Shown: positions 32,363 through 39,206 of the stretch, piece by piece | How the letters are laid out: every line of letters starts with the position of its first letter | Numbering within the stretch: position 1 is the stretch's first letter | Origin: an uncultured Chloroflexota bacterium | Lineage (GTDB): Bacteria; Chloroflexota; Limnocylindria; Limnocylindrales; Limnocylindraceae | Assembly (NCBI GenBank): GCA_903938075.1 | Contig: CAJABS010000073.1 | Span: 1-39,206 of the forward strand | Direction: 5' to 3' | Length of the DNA: 39,206 nucleotides | Notes under the pieces: generated by a model | Database searches by the model: none | What the model saw: the letters and a program-made list of their open reading frames with translations, nothing else | Told to the model about the DNA's origin: nothing | Translations under genes and position numbers: made by a program

Positions 32363-33865
32363 CTAGTTGCCGCTCACCAGTGCGACAGCGGCGTCGAGAT
32401 GCGCCAGCACGCGAGCGCGACCGAGGAGGCGCATGCTGTCAAAGAGTGGTGGCGTCGCCGTTCGCCCCGTGACCGCGACACGGAGAGCCATGAAGAGATC
32501 GCCCGACTTCCAGCCCGACGCCTCGGCGAGCGCCCGGAGCTGCACCTCAAGCGGGTCCTCTGCATCGAGTAGTGGCTGATCGCCCTCGCCGATCGCCTCA
32601 GCAATCAGAGGGCGTGCCGCTGCGAGCGCCTGCAGTGTGGTGGCAGCATCCCAACGCTTCGGTACCAGTGCCGCACGGTCATGCTCAAGGGCGGTGGCGA
32701 AGAGGAAGTCGGTGAGTGTGACCGCCGACGAGAGGAGCGGAATGCGATCACGGATCAACGGGATCAGCGCGACGATCTCGGCATCGGTTGCCGGCCGCTG
32801 TAGCGTGCCGTTTGCTGCAGCACCCTCGTAGAAGGGGCGAAGTCGTACGAGCAACTCCTCGTTGCTCAACCGTCGGATCCATTGGCCGTTCAGCCACTCG
32901 AGGCGTGTGCGATCGAATACCGCGCCGGCCTTCTGCACATGTTCCAGATTGAATCGCTCCTGCAGCTCATCAATGGAGAGCACCTCGTCTTCGCTCCCCG
33001 TCGACCAGCCGAGCAGTGCGAGGAAGTTCACCAGCGCCTCAACCAGGAAGCCCTCGGCGCGATAGTCCACGAGGGCGGTCTGGCTCTTGCGCTTGCTCAT
33101 CTTCGTTCGGTCTGGGTTCAGGATCAGCGGTAGGTGGGCAAACTTCGGCAGAGGTACGCCGAGCGCCTCAAAGAGCAGGATGTGCTTCGGCGTGTTGGAG
33201 AGGTGGTCCTCGCCACGAATGACGTGGGTGATCCCCATGTCGGCATCGTCGACCACGACGGTGAAGTGATAGAGCGGCGTGCCATCGGCGCGCAGGATCA
33301 CGAGGTCGCCACCCAAGGCGTCGCTGTCAATCTCAACCCGCCCGCGCACAAGGTCATCAATAACAACGACACCAGGCTTAATGCGGAAGCGCAGGGCTGC
33401 CGATTCACCTGCGGCAATGCGTGCGGCAGAGGTCTCGGCAGGGATCGCGGCACAGCGACCGGAGTAGCGCGGCGGAAGCTTCGCCGCTTCACGAGCCTTG
33501 CGCTCTGCATCAAGATCACCTGGGGTACAGAAGCAGGGATAGGTCAGCCCTTTTGCGCGGAGCTCATTCGCCACGGCGGTGTAGCGCTCGCTGCGCTCAG
33601 ATTGTCGGTACGGGCCGCGGTCGCCGCGCTCCCCCTCTGCAACTACACCCTCATCGGCGGCAAGGCCGAGCCAGGCGAGCCCCGCAAGAATGTCGGCCTC
33701 AAACTCCTTGGTGGAGCGCGCCGTATCGGTGTCTTCCACGCGCACGATGTAGGTGCCGCCATGGCGACGCGCGAAGAGCAGGTTGAAGAGCGCAGTTCGC
33801 GCCGTACCGATATGGAACGGTCCTGTTGGGCTCGGTGCAATGCGCACGCGCACGGCATCACTCAT
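32363..33865 (-). CDS. gltX: glutamyl-tRNA synthetase
   Basis: VRVRIAPSPTGPFHIGTARTALFN (HIGH motif), the KMSKRK (KMSKS) motif, VIRGEDHLSNTPKH. 500 aa. ATGA overlap with the upstream regulator's stop. Confidence 0.95.
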   Translation of the reverse strand: MSDAVRVRIAPSPTGPFHIGTARTALFNLLFARRHGGTYIVRVEDTDTARSTKEFEADILAGLAWLGLAADEGVVAEGERGDRGPYRQSERSERYTAVANELRAKGLTYPCFCTPGDLDAERKAREAAKLPPRYSGRCAAIPAETSAARIAAGESAALRFRIKPGVVVIDDLVRGRVEIDSDALGGDLVILRADGTPLYHFTVVVDDADMGITHVIRGEDHLSNTPKHILLFEALGVPLPKFAHLPLILNPDRTKMSKRKSQTALVDYRAEGFLVEALVNFLALLGWSTGSEDEVLSIDELQERFNLEHVQKAGAVFDRTRLEWLNGQWIRRLSNEELLVRLRPFYEGAAANGTLQRPATDAEIVALIPLIRDRIPLLSSAVTLTDFLFATALEHDRAALVPKRWDAATTLQALAAARPLIAEAIGEGDQPLLDAEDPLEVQLRALAEASGWKSGDLFMALRVAVTGRTATPPLFDSMRLLGRARVLAHLDAAVALVSGN

Positions 33866-34587
33866 GAGCGTGCCGGAATCTGATGGAAGAGCGACGCATC
33901 CACAGCACCACGCATCACCTGTACAAGCGCGGCGGGGCGAAGGCCGAGCGAAGCTTTCCCGATCGGACCATCGAGCGTGAGTGAGTCAAGTGATGTGCTT
34001 CGCGAGAGAACGGTGATCTTTGCGCCGGGGACCAGCCCACGCGCCTCGAGATAGCCGAGCAGCGCGGCATCAGCCTCGGCCGCTTCTGTGACGCGATAGA
34101 TGGTCGCCGCCTCACCCGCCTCAAGCGCTGCGAGTGGCTCCCCCTTCGGTCGGCGTGCCTCGGCCGCTCGGTCGATCGGATTCCCGTGCGGGCAGGTCTG
34201 CGGATGGCCAAGCATCTCATCGAGGCGTGTCTCAAATTCAGGCGAGATGGAGGCATGGAGTCGGCGTGCCTCAACATCGGCCGCCGCCCACGGCATACCG
34301 ACGATGCCAGTTAGCAGCCACTCCAAGAGGGCATGCCGTCGGAAGACGGCATCGGCAGCACTCTCGCCTGAGGCGGTGAGCCTCCAAAGCCGCGCATGTC
34401 CGCTGCACGGTGCGATCAGTCGATCATCAGCGAGTCGGCGGAACATCTCGGCGGCCGCCTGTTTACTCACCTCAAGGTCCTTGGCAACGAGTGACGGGGT
34501 GACCCCCTCATCGTCGCCATGGCTGCGGAAGGCGAGGAGGTACTCCTGCGCCGCCGCTGTAAGAGCTGCTCGACGAGTGGTTGCCAT
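33862..34587 (-). CDS. DtxR/IdeR/MntR-family metal-dependent transcriptional regulator with C-terminal FeoA/SH3-like domain
   Basis: ORF 33862..34614 trimmed to ATG 34587 (TAGGAT-N7 upstream). wHTH LVAKDLEVSKQAAAEMFRRLADDRLI, metal-site region RHALLEWLL...EARRLHASISPEFETRLDEMLGHPQTCPHGNPI, and C-terminal ATIYRVTE...LGYLEARGLVPGAKITV. Confidence 0.83.
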   Translation of the reverse strand: MATTRRAALTAAAQEYLLAFRSHGDDEGVTPSLVAKDLEVSKQAAAEMFRRLADDRLIAPCSGHARLWRLTASGESAADAVFRRHALLEWLLTGIVGMPWAAADVEARRLHASISPEFETRLDEMLGHPQTCPHGNPIDRAAEARRPKGEPLAALEAGEAATIYRVTEAAEADAALLGYLEARGLVPGAKITVLSRSTSLDSLTLDGPIGKASLGLRPAALVQVMRGAVDASLFHQIPARS

Positions 34588-34594
34588 AGGGCTG

Positions 34595-34600
34595 ATCCTA
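34595..34600 (-). promoter_or_regulatory. -10-like hexamer TAGGAT, 7 nt before the DtxR-family ATG; its TAG is the stop codon of the upstream J-protein gene
   Basis: Minus strand: TAGGAT-cagccct-ATG(34587). Confidence 0.4.
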
Positions 34601-35302
34601 CCTGCGACGCGCATTCAGGGCGATGTAGGCGAGAAGCGCACAGAGAGCCGCAGCCGCGAGCAGGCGAAGGGAGCCGCTCACCAGCACCGTAATGAGAACC
34701 AGCGAGGCGGCCCCAACGGCGAGTGATGTGGATCGTGCCACGCCACGTGTCTCTGCTGTCTGAGGTCGCGGAGCAGGCTGCGCTGTGGTGCGCTCCCGCG
34801 GCGTTCGCCGAACGGGGCGTCGCCCGCGGGCTCGATACTCGGGGCCATGCTTGCGAGGGTCGGCGTACTCGCGCGGATTGACCGTCCAATACGTGCCAGA
34901 GTCGGCGCCAACCCAGGCGGCCCCATCCCAGACTGGCTCAGCCTCTGTCGCTCCGTCATACGTGGTGGAGCCAGGGTGCGCACTGGCTGTTGACTGCGTG
35001 CCAGCGCTCGGTTGAGCCGGTTGCGGCGTGCGGCGAGGTGCAGGTGCAGCTGCTGTACGAGCTGGTGGTAGGTCACGAGTTGGTGCACCGATGCGCCCCG
35101 CAGCAATCGCGTCAGCGAGTGCAACCTCGTACGCCTCGGTGATCCGCGCAAACTGCGAGGCAGTTCTGCCACCACCAATGGCATCTGGATGCGTCGACTT
35201 TGCTAATCGGCGAAAGGCAGACTTAACCTCGCGCGCAGATGGCTGCCCAGGGAGACCGAGTACGCGCCATGCCTCCTCTTTGCGCATCTTTGCCGTTGGC
35301 AC
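34598..35302 (-). CDS. J-domain protein with Pro/Ala-rich linker and C-terminal membrane anchor
   Basis: EEAWRVLGLPGQPSAREVKSAFRRLAKSTHPDAIGG (HPD motif), a low-complexity linker, and C-terminal TM segments VGAASLVLITVLVSGSL / LLAAAALCALLAYIAL. The start is GTG 35302 or ATG 35287. Confidence 0.68.
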   Translation of the reverse strand: MPTAKMRKEEAWRVLGLPGQPSAREVKSAFRRLAKSTHPDAIGGGRTASQFARITEAYEVALADAIAAGRIGAPTRDLPPARTAAAPAPRRTPQPAQPSAGTQSTASAHPGSTTYDGATEAEPVWDGAAWVGADSGTYWTVNPREYADPRKHGPEYRARGRRPVRRTPRERTTAQPAPRPQTAETRGVARSTSLAVGAASLVLITVLVSGSLRLLAAAALCALLAYIALNARRR

Positions 35303-35305
35303 GAC

Positions 35306-36328
35306 CTACGAAACCTTGAGCGTCGTGAGTGAATCTCCGGGTCGTACCGTAGCGAGTGCTGCACCGCCCCGCGGATCGGCAAGGCTCACGCTGCGATGCG
35401 AATCGAGCGATGCTGCTGCGGCAACGCTGGCGCCGATCGCCGCAAGGACGGCGACTGTCGCAACGCGACCAGAGCGAGCCGCTGCATCACCATCCTCGGT
35501 GCGCACCGCGATGCCGTAGCCCGGCAGGCCAACAAGGCAGAGCCCCTCAGCCCCTTGCTTTGCGACAACGAGTCCCTCGCCACCGCGAATGAGATCGGTA
35601 TCCAGGAAGCCCGCCCCCGAGATGAGGCGGGGGTTCTTGATGGCGGCAACGCGAACGCGATCAAGCAGCGCGCGGTAGCGCTCGGGCACGTGCTCATCGT
35701 GCGGGGTCGCCCAGCGTCGGGCCCCCTCCGCCGCCGCGCGAAGCGGGATCGCCGAGGTGGGGATCGCACAGCCATCAATACCCCACGGCGCTGCGTGCAG
35801 GTCAACGCTCAGTAACTCACCAACAACGGTGCGCAACTCGCGCTGCACCGGGTGATCAAAACTCTCGTACCCGACCGGATCAAACCCCCGTGCCTTCGCC
35901 AGGAGCAGCAGTGAGAGGTGCTGCCCTGAGCACATGTGGGCAAGCAACTCGCCGCTTCCGCCACGAGCGCTCTGCGGTCGGCCGTGCACAAGGTGTGCTG
36001 GGTTCAGTCCGAAGGTGTCGATCATCCGCTGCGCCACCGCGATGTGTTCGTCGGCGCCCGCGTGGCTCGCCGAAGCGAGGGTGATCATCTCGTCGTCGAG
36101 CGTGAGGCCCGCCTCGTCTGCTGCATCCAGCACCGCCACTGCGGTGAAGGGCTTCACGGAGCTGCGCAACGAGATCAGCCGATCTGGCTCGCCAACGCTT
36201 GCGGCGAGGCGACCGCCGCCTGCCACCACCGCCACGTCGCCGCGATGTGCCGCCTCAGTGATTTGGCCTCGCTGGACCACCGTAATCACCGGCGGTGGCG
36301 CACCCTCGCCGACGCGAGCGTTGCTCAT
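35306..36328 (-). CDS. asparaginase-II family (Rhizobium-etli-type) amidohydrolase
   Basis: Family motifs LRSSVKPFTAVAVL, ASASHAGADEH, HMCSGQHLSLL, WGIDGCAIPT. ATGA overlap with the aminotransferase stop. Confidence 0.72.
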   Translation of the reverse strand: MSNARVGEGAPPPVITVVQRGQITEAAHRGDVAVVAGGGRLAASVGEPDRLISLRSSVKPFTAVAVLDAADEAGLTLDDEMITLASASHAGADEHIAVAQRMIDTFGLNPAHLVHGRPQSARGGSGELLAHMCSGQHLSLLLLAKARGFDPVGYESFDHPVQRELRTVVGELLSVDLHAAPWGIDGCAIPTSAIPLRAAAEGARRWATPHDEHVPERYRALLDRVRVAAIKNPRLISGAGFLDTDLIRGGEGLVVAKQGAEGLCLVGLPGYGIAVRTEDGDAAARSGRVATVAVLAAIGASVAAAASLDSHRSVSLADPRGGAALATVRPGDSLTTLKVS

Positions 36329-37662
36329 GCCAGGCCGAGGGCCTTGTCAACCTCTGTCAGGCCGCGGTCGATCACATCGAACGCAAAGTCAAGCTCCTCG
36401 TTCGTGATGATGAGCGGTGGATTCGTGAAGAATCCATTCCATCGCACGATCGTATAGAGGCCGTTCTTGCGGAAGAAGGCGCCGAGCGCCAGCATCTCTG
36501 GTGCGCTGGTATTGAACGCCGCAATCGGCTCTTGCGTCTTCGGATCACGCACCAGCTCAATGATTCCGAAGAGTCCGATGTTGCGAATTGGCCCGACGCA
36601 CGGGTGCTTCACCTTCATGCGCTCATGATGCGCGCGGAGCGTCTTCCCCATCGTGGCGGCGCGGGTGATCAGGTCGTCCTCCTCGTAGACCTCGATCGTG
36701 GCGAGGGCGGTCGCACAGGCGAGCGGATGGCTGTTGTAGGTCAACCCACCACCGAACACCTTCTCAGCAAAATGATCGGCAATCGGCCGTCGCATGCCGA
36801 GCGCGCCGAGCTGCACATAGGCGCTGGTCAGACCCTTCGCCATGGTGATCATGTCGGGCACGACGCCTGAGTGATCAATGGCGAACCACTTCCCCGTTCG
36901 ACCGAACCCCGCCATCACCTCGTCGGCGATCAGCAGGATGCCGTGGCGATCACAGATGTCACGCAGCCCCTGCATGTACCCGTCAGGCGGAATCAAGATG
37001 CCGTTTGTACCGACAACCGGCTCAACGATGATTGCGGCGACGGTGTGCGGCCCTTCGAAGCGAATGATCTTCTCAGTCTCCGCAAGCACCTCAGCGACCG
37101 GGCGTGGCTCGGCGGCACCGAACTCGTGGAAGTCTGGGATTCGGAAGATGCCAGGCATGCCAGGCTCGGCGAACCAACGACGCGGATCGCCAGTAGCGCT
37201 GAGCGCTCCAGAGGTGCCGCCGTGGTACGAGCGATAGCGTGCGGCGATCTTGTGACGGCCCGTATAGAGGCGCGCAATGCGGAAGGCGTTCTCGACCGCT
37301 TCAGCACCGCCGTTGGTGAAGAAGAAGGCGTCAATGTCACCAGGGCAGATCTCGGCCAGCTTCGCACCGAGTCGGGCGCGCGGCTCTGTCGCCATAAACG
37401 GGTTTGCGTAGGCGAGGGTGGCCGCCTGGTCGGTAATCGCCTTCAGCACGCGCTCATCACCGTGGCCGATGTTGGTGCACATGAGCTGGCTGTTGAAGTC
37501 GAGGAACTTCTCCTCTTCGGGGGTCCAGAACCAGGAGCCCTTTGCGCGAGCAATCGGAATAGGGTTCGCTGCAGCCTGGGCGGACCATTCGGTCATGGTG
37601 TGGCGCTTGGAGAGGGCGACCATCTCTGGCCCGCTCAGTGGGGTTCGCTTGGCTGCGCTCAT
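36325..37662 (-). CDS. class-III (omega) aminotransferase, beta-alanine/omega-amino-acid:pyruvate type
   Basis: Motifs FFFTNGGAEAVENAFRIAR, YRSYHGGTSGA, AIIVEPVVGTNGILIPPDGY, LLIADEVMAGFGRTG, PLP-lysine region PDMITMAKGLTS. GGGAGGG Shine-Dalgarno sequence upstream. Confidence 0.88.
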   Translation of the reverse strand: MSAAKRTPLSGPEMVALSKRHTMTEWSAQAAANPIPIARAKGSWFWTPEEEKFLDFNSQLMCTNIGHGDERVLKAITDQAATLAYANPFMATEPRARLGAKLAEICPGDIDAFFFTNGGAEAVENAFRIARLYTGRHKIAARYRSYHGGTSGALSATGDPRRWFAEPGMPGIFRIPDFHEFGAAEPRPVAEVLAETEKIIRFEGPHTVAAIIVEPVVGTNGILIPPDGYMQGLRDICDRHGILLIADEVMAGFGRTGKWFAIDHSGVVPDMITMAKGLTSAYVQLGALGMRRPIADHFAEKVFGGGLTYNSHPLACATALATIEVYEEDDLITRAATMGKTLRAHHERMKVKHPCVGPIRNIGLFGIIELVRDPKTQEPIAAFNTSAPEMLALGAFFRKNGLYTIVRWNGFFTNPPLIITNEELDFAFDVIDRGLTEVDKALGLA

Positions 37663-37756
37663 AGACCCTCCCAGTGATGAGGCGCAGGCGCGCCCTCGTG
37701 CCGCTGAGGATACCCCCCTTCTGGTGGTGCGTGGCGCGAGACAATCACGCCGTGCG

Positions 37757-37773
37757 CCGCGCTTAGGGCGCGG
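37757..37773. promoter_or_regulatory. GC hairpin / inverted repeat CCGCGC-ttagg-GCGCGG in the aminotransferase/mmsA divergent spacer
   Basis: A 6-bp perfect inverted repeat immediately upstream of the GAGAAT-N6-ATG of mmsA. It could be an operator. No regulator gene is visible in the window. Confidence 0.25.
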
Positions 37774-37791
37774 ATCGGCGAGAATCTCGCC

Positions 37792-39206
37792 ATGGCAACA
37801 ACCGTTGAAAGCTTGGCCGCACAGAGTGCCCCAGCCACCCTAAAGAACTACATCAACGGGCAGTGGGTCGCTTCAACCTCGAACGAGCGCCTTGTGGTGC
37901 CGAACCCGGCTACCGAGGCCCCCCTCGCCTACGTACCTCTCTCGAATGCCGCCGACGTACAGGCTGCCGTTGATGCGGCGCGAGCCGCCGCTTACGAGTG
38001 GGGCGAGATGCCACCTCCAGAGCGAGCCGGCTACCTCTTCAAGTTGCGTGAGGCGATGCTCGACAACCGCGAAGCGCTCGCCAAGCTCGTCACCACCGAG
38101 AACGGCAAGGTGCTGAGCGATGCTACGGGCGAGGTCCGCCGCGGCATTGAGGTCGTCGACTTCGCCTGCGGCGCCCCAACGCTGCTCATGGGGCAGAACC
38201 TCGACCAGGTCTCGCGCGGCATCGACTCCGAGATGGTGCGCTTCCCTGTCGGGGTGGTCGCCGGCATTACGCCATTCAACTTCCCCTTCATGGTGCCAAT
38301 GTGGATGCTGCCACTCGCGATCGCCTGTGGGAACTCCTTCATCTTGAAGCCATCCGAGCGCACGCCACTCTCGTCGCAGCGCATCATCGAGATCTGCGAA
38401 GAGGCCGGGATCCCTGCGGGCGTTGTTGGCTTGGTGCATGGTGCTGTTGAGACGGTCACCGGCCTGATCACCAACCCAGGCGTCGACGCCATTAGCTTCG
38501 TTGGATCCGAGCGCGTAGCGCGCATCGTCTACGAGACTGCAGCCAAGAGCGGCAAGCGCGTGCAGGCGCTCGGCGGTGCCAAGAACCACATCATCGCCAT
38601 GCCTGATGCGGTGCTCGACCAGAGCGTGCCAAACATCGCGGAGTCTGCCTTCGGCAATGCGGGGCAGCGTTGCCTCGCAGGCTCGGTCCTCACGCTGGTC
38701 GGCGAAGCGCGTGAGCGCATGTTGCCGCGACTCCTCGAACACGCCGACACGATCAAGATGGGATTCGGCCTTGATGCTGGTGTCTCGCTCGGCCCCGTGA
38801 TCCGTGGTGAGGCACGTGAGCGCATTCACACTCTGGTCGACCAAGGGGTTGCTGCAGGAGCGAAGATGCTGCGCGACGGTCGCGGCACCGGGCCCGAGAA
38901 GGGCTACTTCGTTGGCCCAACGCTGCTTGAGATCGCGCCAACCTCGCCACTGGCACGCGAGGAGGTCTTCGGGCCAGTCCTCTCGATTCTCTACGCGAAA
39001 GACCTTGATGAAGCGCTCCGCCTGATGGCCGAGACGAACGAGTACGGCAATGCGGCGAGCATCTACACCGCCTCTGGTTCGGCGGCGCGTGAGTTCAAGC
39101 GCAAGGCGACCTCGGGGATGCTCGGTGTGAACGTTGGTGTGGCAGCCCCAATGGCCTTCTTCCCGTTCAGCGGTCGCCGCAAGAGCTTCTTCGGCGACCT
39201 GCACGC
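37792..39206 (+). CDS. mmsA: methylmalonate-/malonate-semialdehyde dehydrogenase (CoA-acylating); 3' end runs off the window
   Basis: Absent from the ORF track (no stop in the window). My translation from ATG 37792 gives MATTVESLAAQSAPATLKNYINGQWVASTSNERLVVPNPATEAPLAYVP...VVAGITPFNFPFMVPMWMLPLAIACGNSFILKPSERTPL...AFGNAGQRCLAGS. These are MmsA-type ALDH motifs including the catalytic Cys. The listed ORF 37873..39204(-) is its antisense shadow. Confidence 0.88.
   Translation, partial: MATTVESLAAQSAPATLKNYINGQWVASTSNERLVVPNPATEAPLAYVPLSNAADVQAAVDAARAAAYEWGEMPPPERAGYLFKLREAMLDNREALAKLVTTENGKVLSDATGEVRRGIEVVDFACGAPTLLMGQNLDQVSRGIDSEMVRFPVGVVAGITPFNFPFMVPMWMLPLAIACGNSFILKPSERTPLSSQRIIEICEEAGIPAGVVGLVHGAVETVTGLITNPGVDAISFVGSERVARIVYETAAKSGKRVQALGGAKNHIIAMPDAVLDQSVPNIAESAFGNAGQRCLAGSVLTLVGEARERMLPRLLEHADTIKMGFGLDAGVSLGPVIRGEARERIHTLVDQGVAAGAKMLRDGRGTGPEKGYFVGPTLLEIAPTSPLAREEVFGPVLSILYAKDLDEALRLMAETNEYGNAASIYTASGSAAREFKRKATSGMLGVNVGVAAPMAFFPFSGRRKSFFGDLH

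Noticed and set aside
808-34600. Interpreting every TAGGAT-N6/7-ATG simply as a Shine-Dalgarno (AGGA) site.
   Set aside because: This is not fully rejected and is kept as a caveat. I favour the -10 reading for three reasons. The flanking T...T is invariant. The TAGAAT and TAGCGT variants have no Shine-Dalgarno potential. In two divergent spacers the hexamer is the only TAnnnT available on that strand.
37873-39204. A 443-aa ORF on the - strand, the only ORF the track lists for this region.
   Set aside because: It has no recognisable family motifs. The + strand, absent from the track only because it has no stop in the window, translates into an unmistakable MmsA-type aldehyde dehydrogenase.
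1-39206. A search for tRNA/rRNA genes, CRISPR arrays, IS elements or inverted terminal repeats, integrases, prophage genes, toxin-antitoxin or defence systems, and long direct repeats.
   Set aside because: I found none. The intergenic spaces are at most ~130 bp, no repeat-spacer periodicity is visible, and every large ORF has a housekeeping or metabolic family assignment. The window looks like core chromosome rather than an accessory island.

Overview
This is a GC-rich, very gene-dense window with about 40 protein genes and no RNA genes that I could see. It reads as chromosomal core metabolism of an F420-using, probably actinobacterial genome (Chloroflexota not excluded). All calls rest on by-eye motif recognition in the supplied translations, plus my own translation of two ORFs missing from the track (1..800 minus; 37792..39206 plus). 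No database search was possible.

Content from left to right:
- an alpha/beta hydrolase;
- fumC-pfk, followed by a conserved but functionally unassigned trio (histidine-phosphatase 'phosphomutase', DUF3090, SCO1664-type PI3/4-kinase-like protein);
- an FTR1/EfeU-plus-ABC transporter operon;
- aceE and pncA;
- two small membrane-anchored unknowns;
- an LLM oxidoreductase and deoD;
- a PPOX-fgd-cofD-cofC::cofE cofactor-F420 operon;
- trxB with an input-less histidine kinase and an OmpR-type regulator;
- a YibE/F protein;
- a phosphate/polyphosphate neighbourhood (DUF971-ppk1-CYTH, ppx, phoU plus a SixA-like protein, GDPD, a SenX3/PhoR-like kinase);
- a roughly 10 kb co-directional minus-strand array mixing proS, gltX, a RegX3-like regulator, a DtxR-family regulator, a membrane J-protein, an asparaginase-II-like enzyme and an omega-aminotransferase, divergent from mmsA.

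I see no CRISPR, IS/transposase, integrase, phage or recognisable defence or toxin genes, so there is no obvious accessory island.

The best candidates for new biology are:
1. the uncharacterised kinase-like/phosphatase/DUF3090 trio;
2. a CofC::CofE fusion lacking the FbiB-type reductase domain, in an operon led by a PPOX-class protein;
3. a GDPD gene whose catalytic HRG motif lies upstream of any ATG/GTG/TTG and that probably starts at a CTG in a CTGA stop/start overlap;
4. a SenX3/RegX3-like two-component pair split by proS inside a phosphate/polyP neighbourhood;
5. a recurrent TAG(G/A)AT-N6/7-ATG architecture suggesting widespread leaderless transcription.
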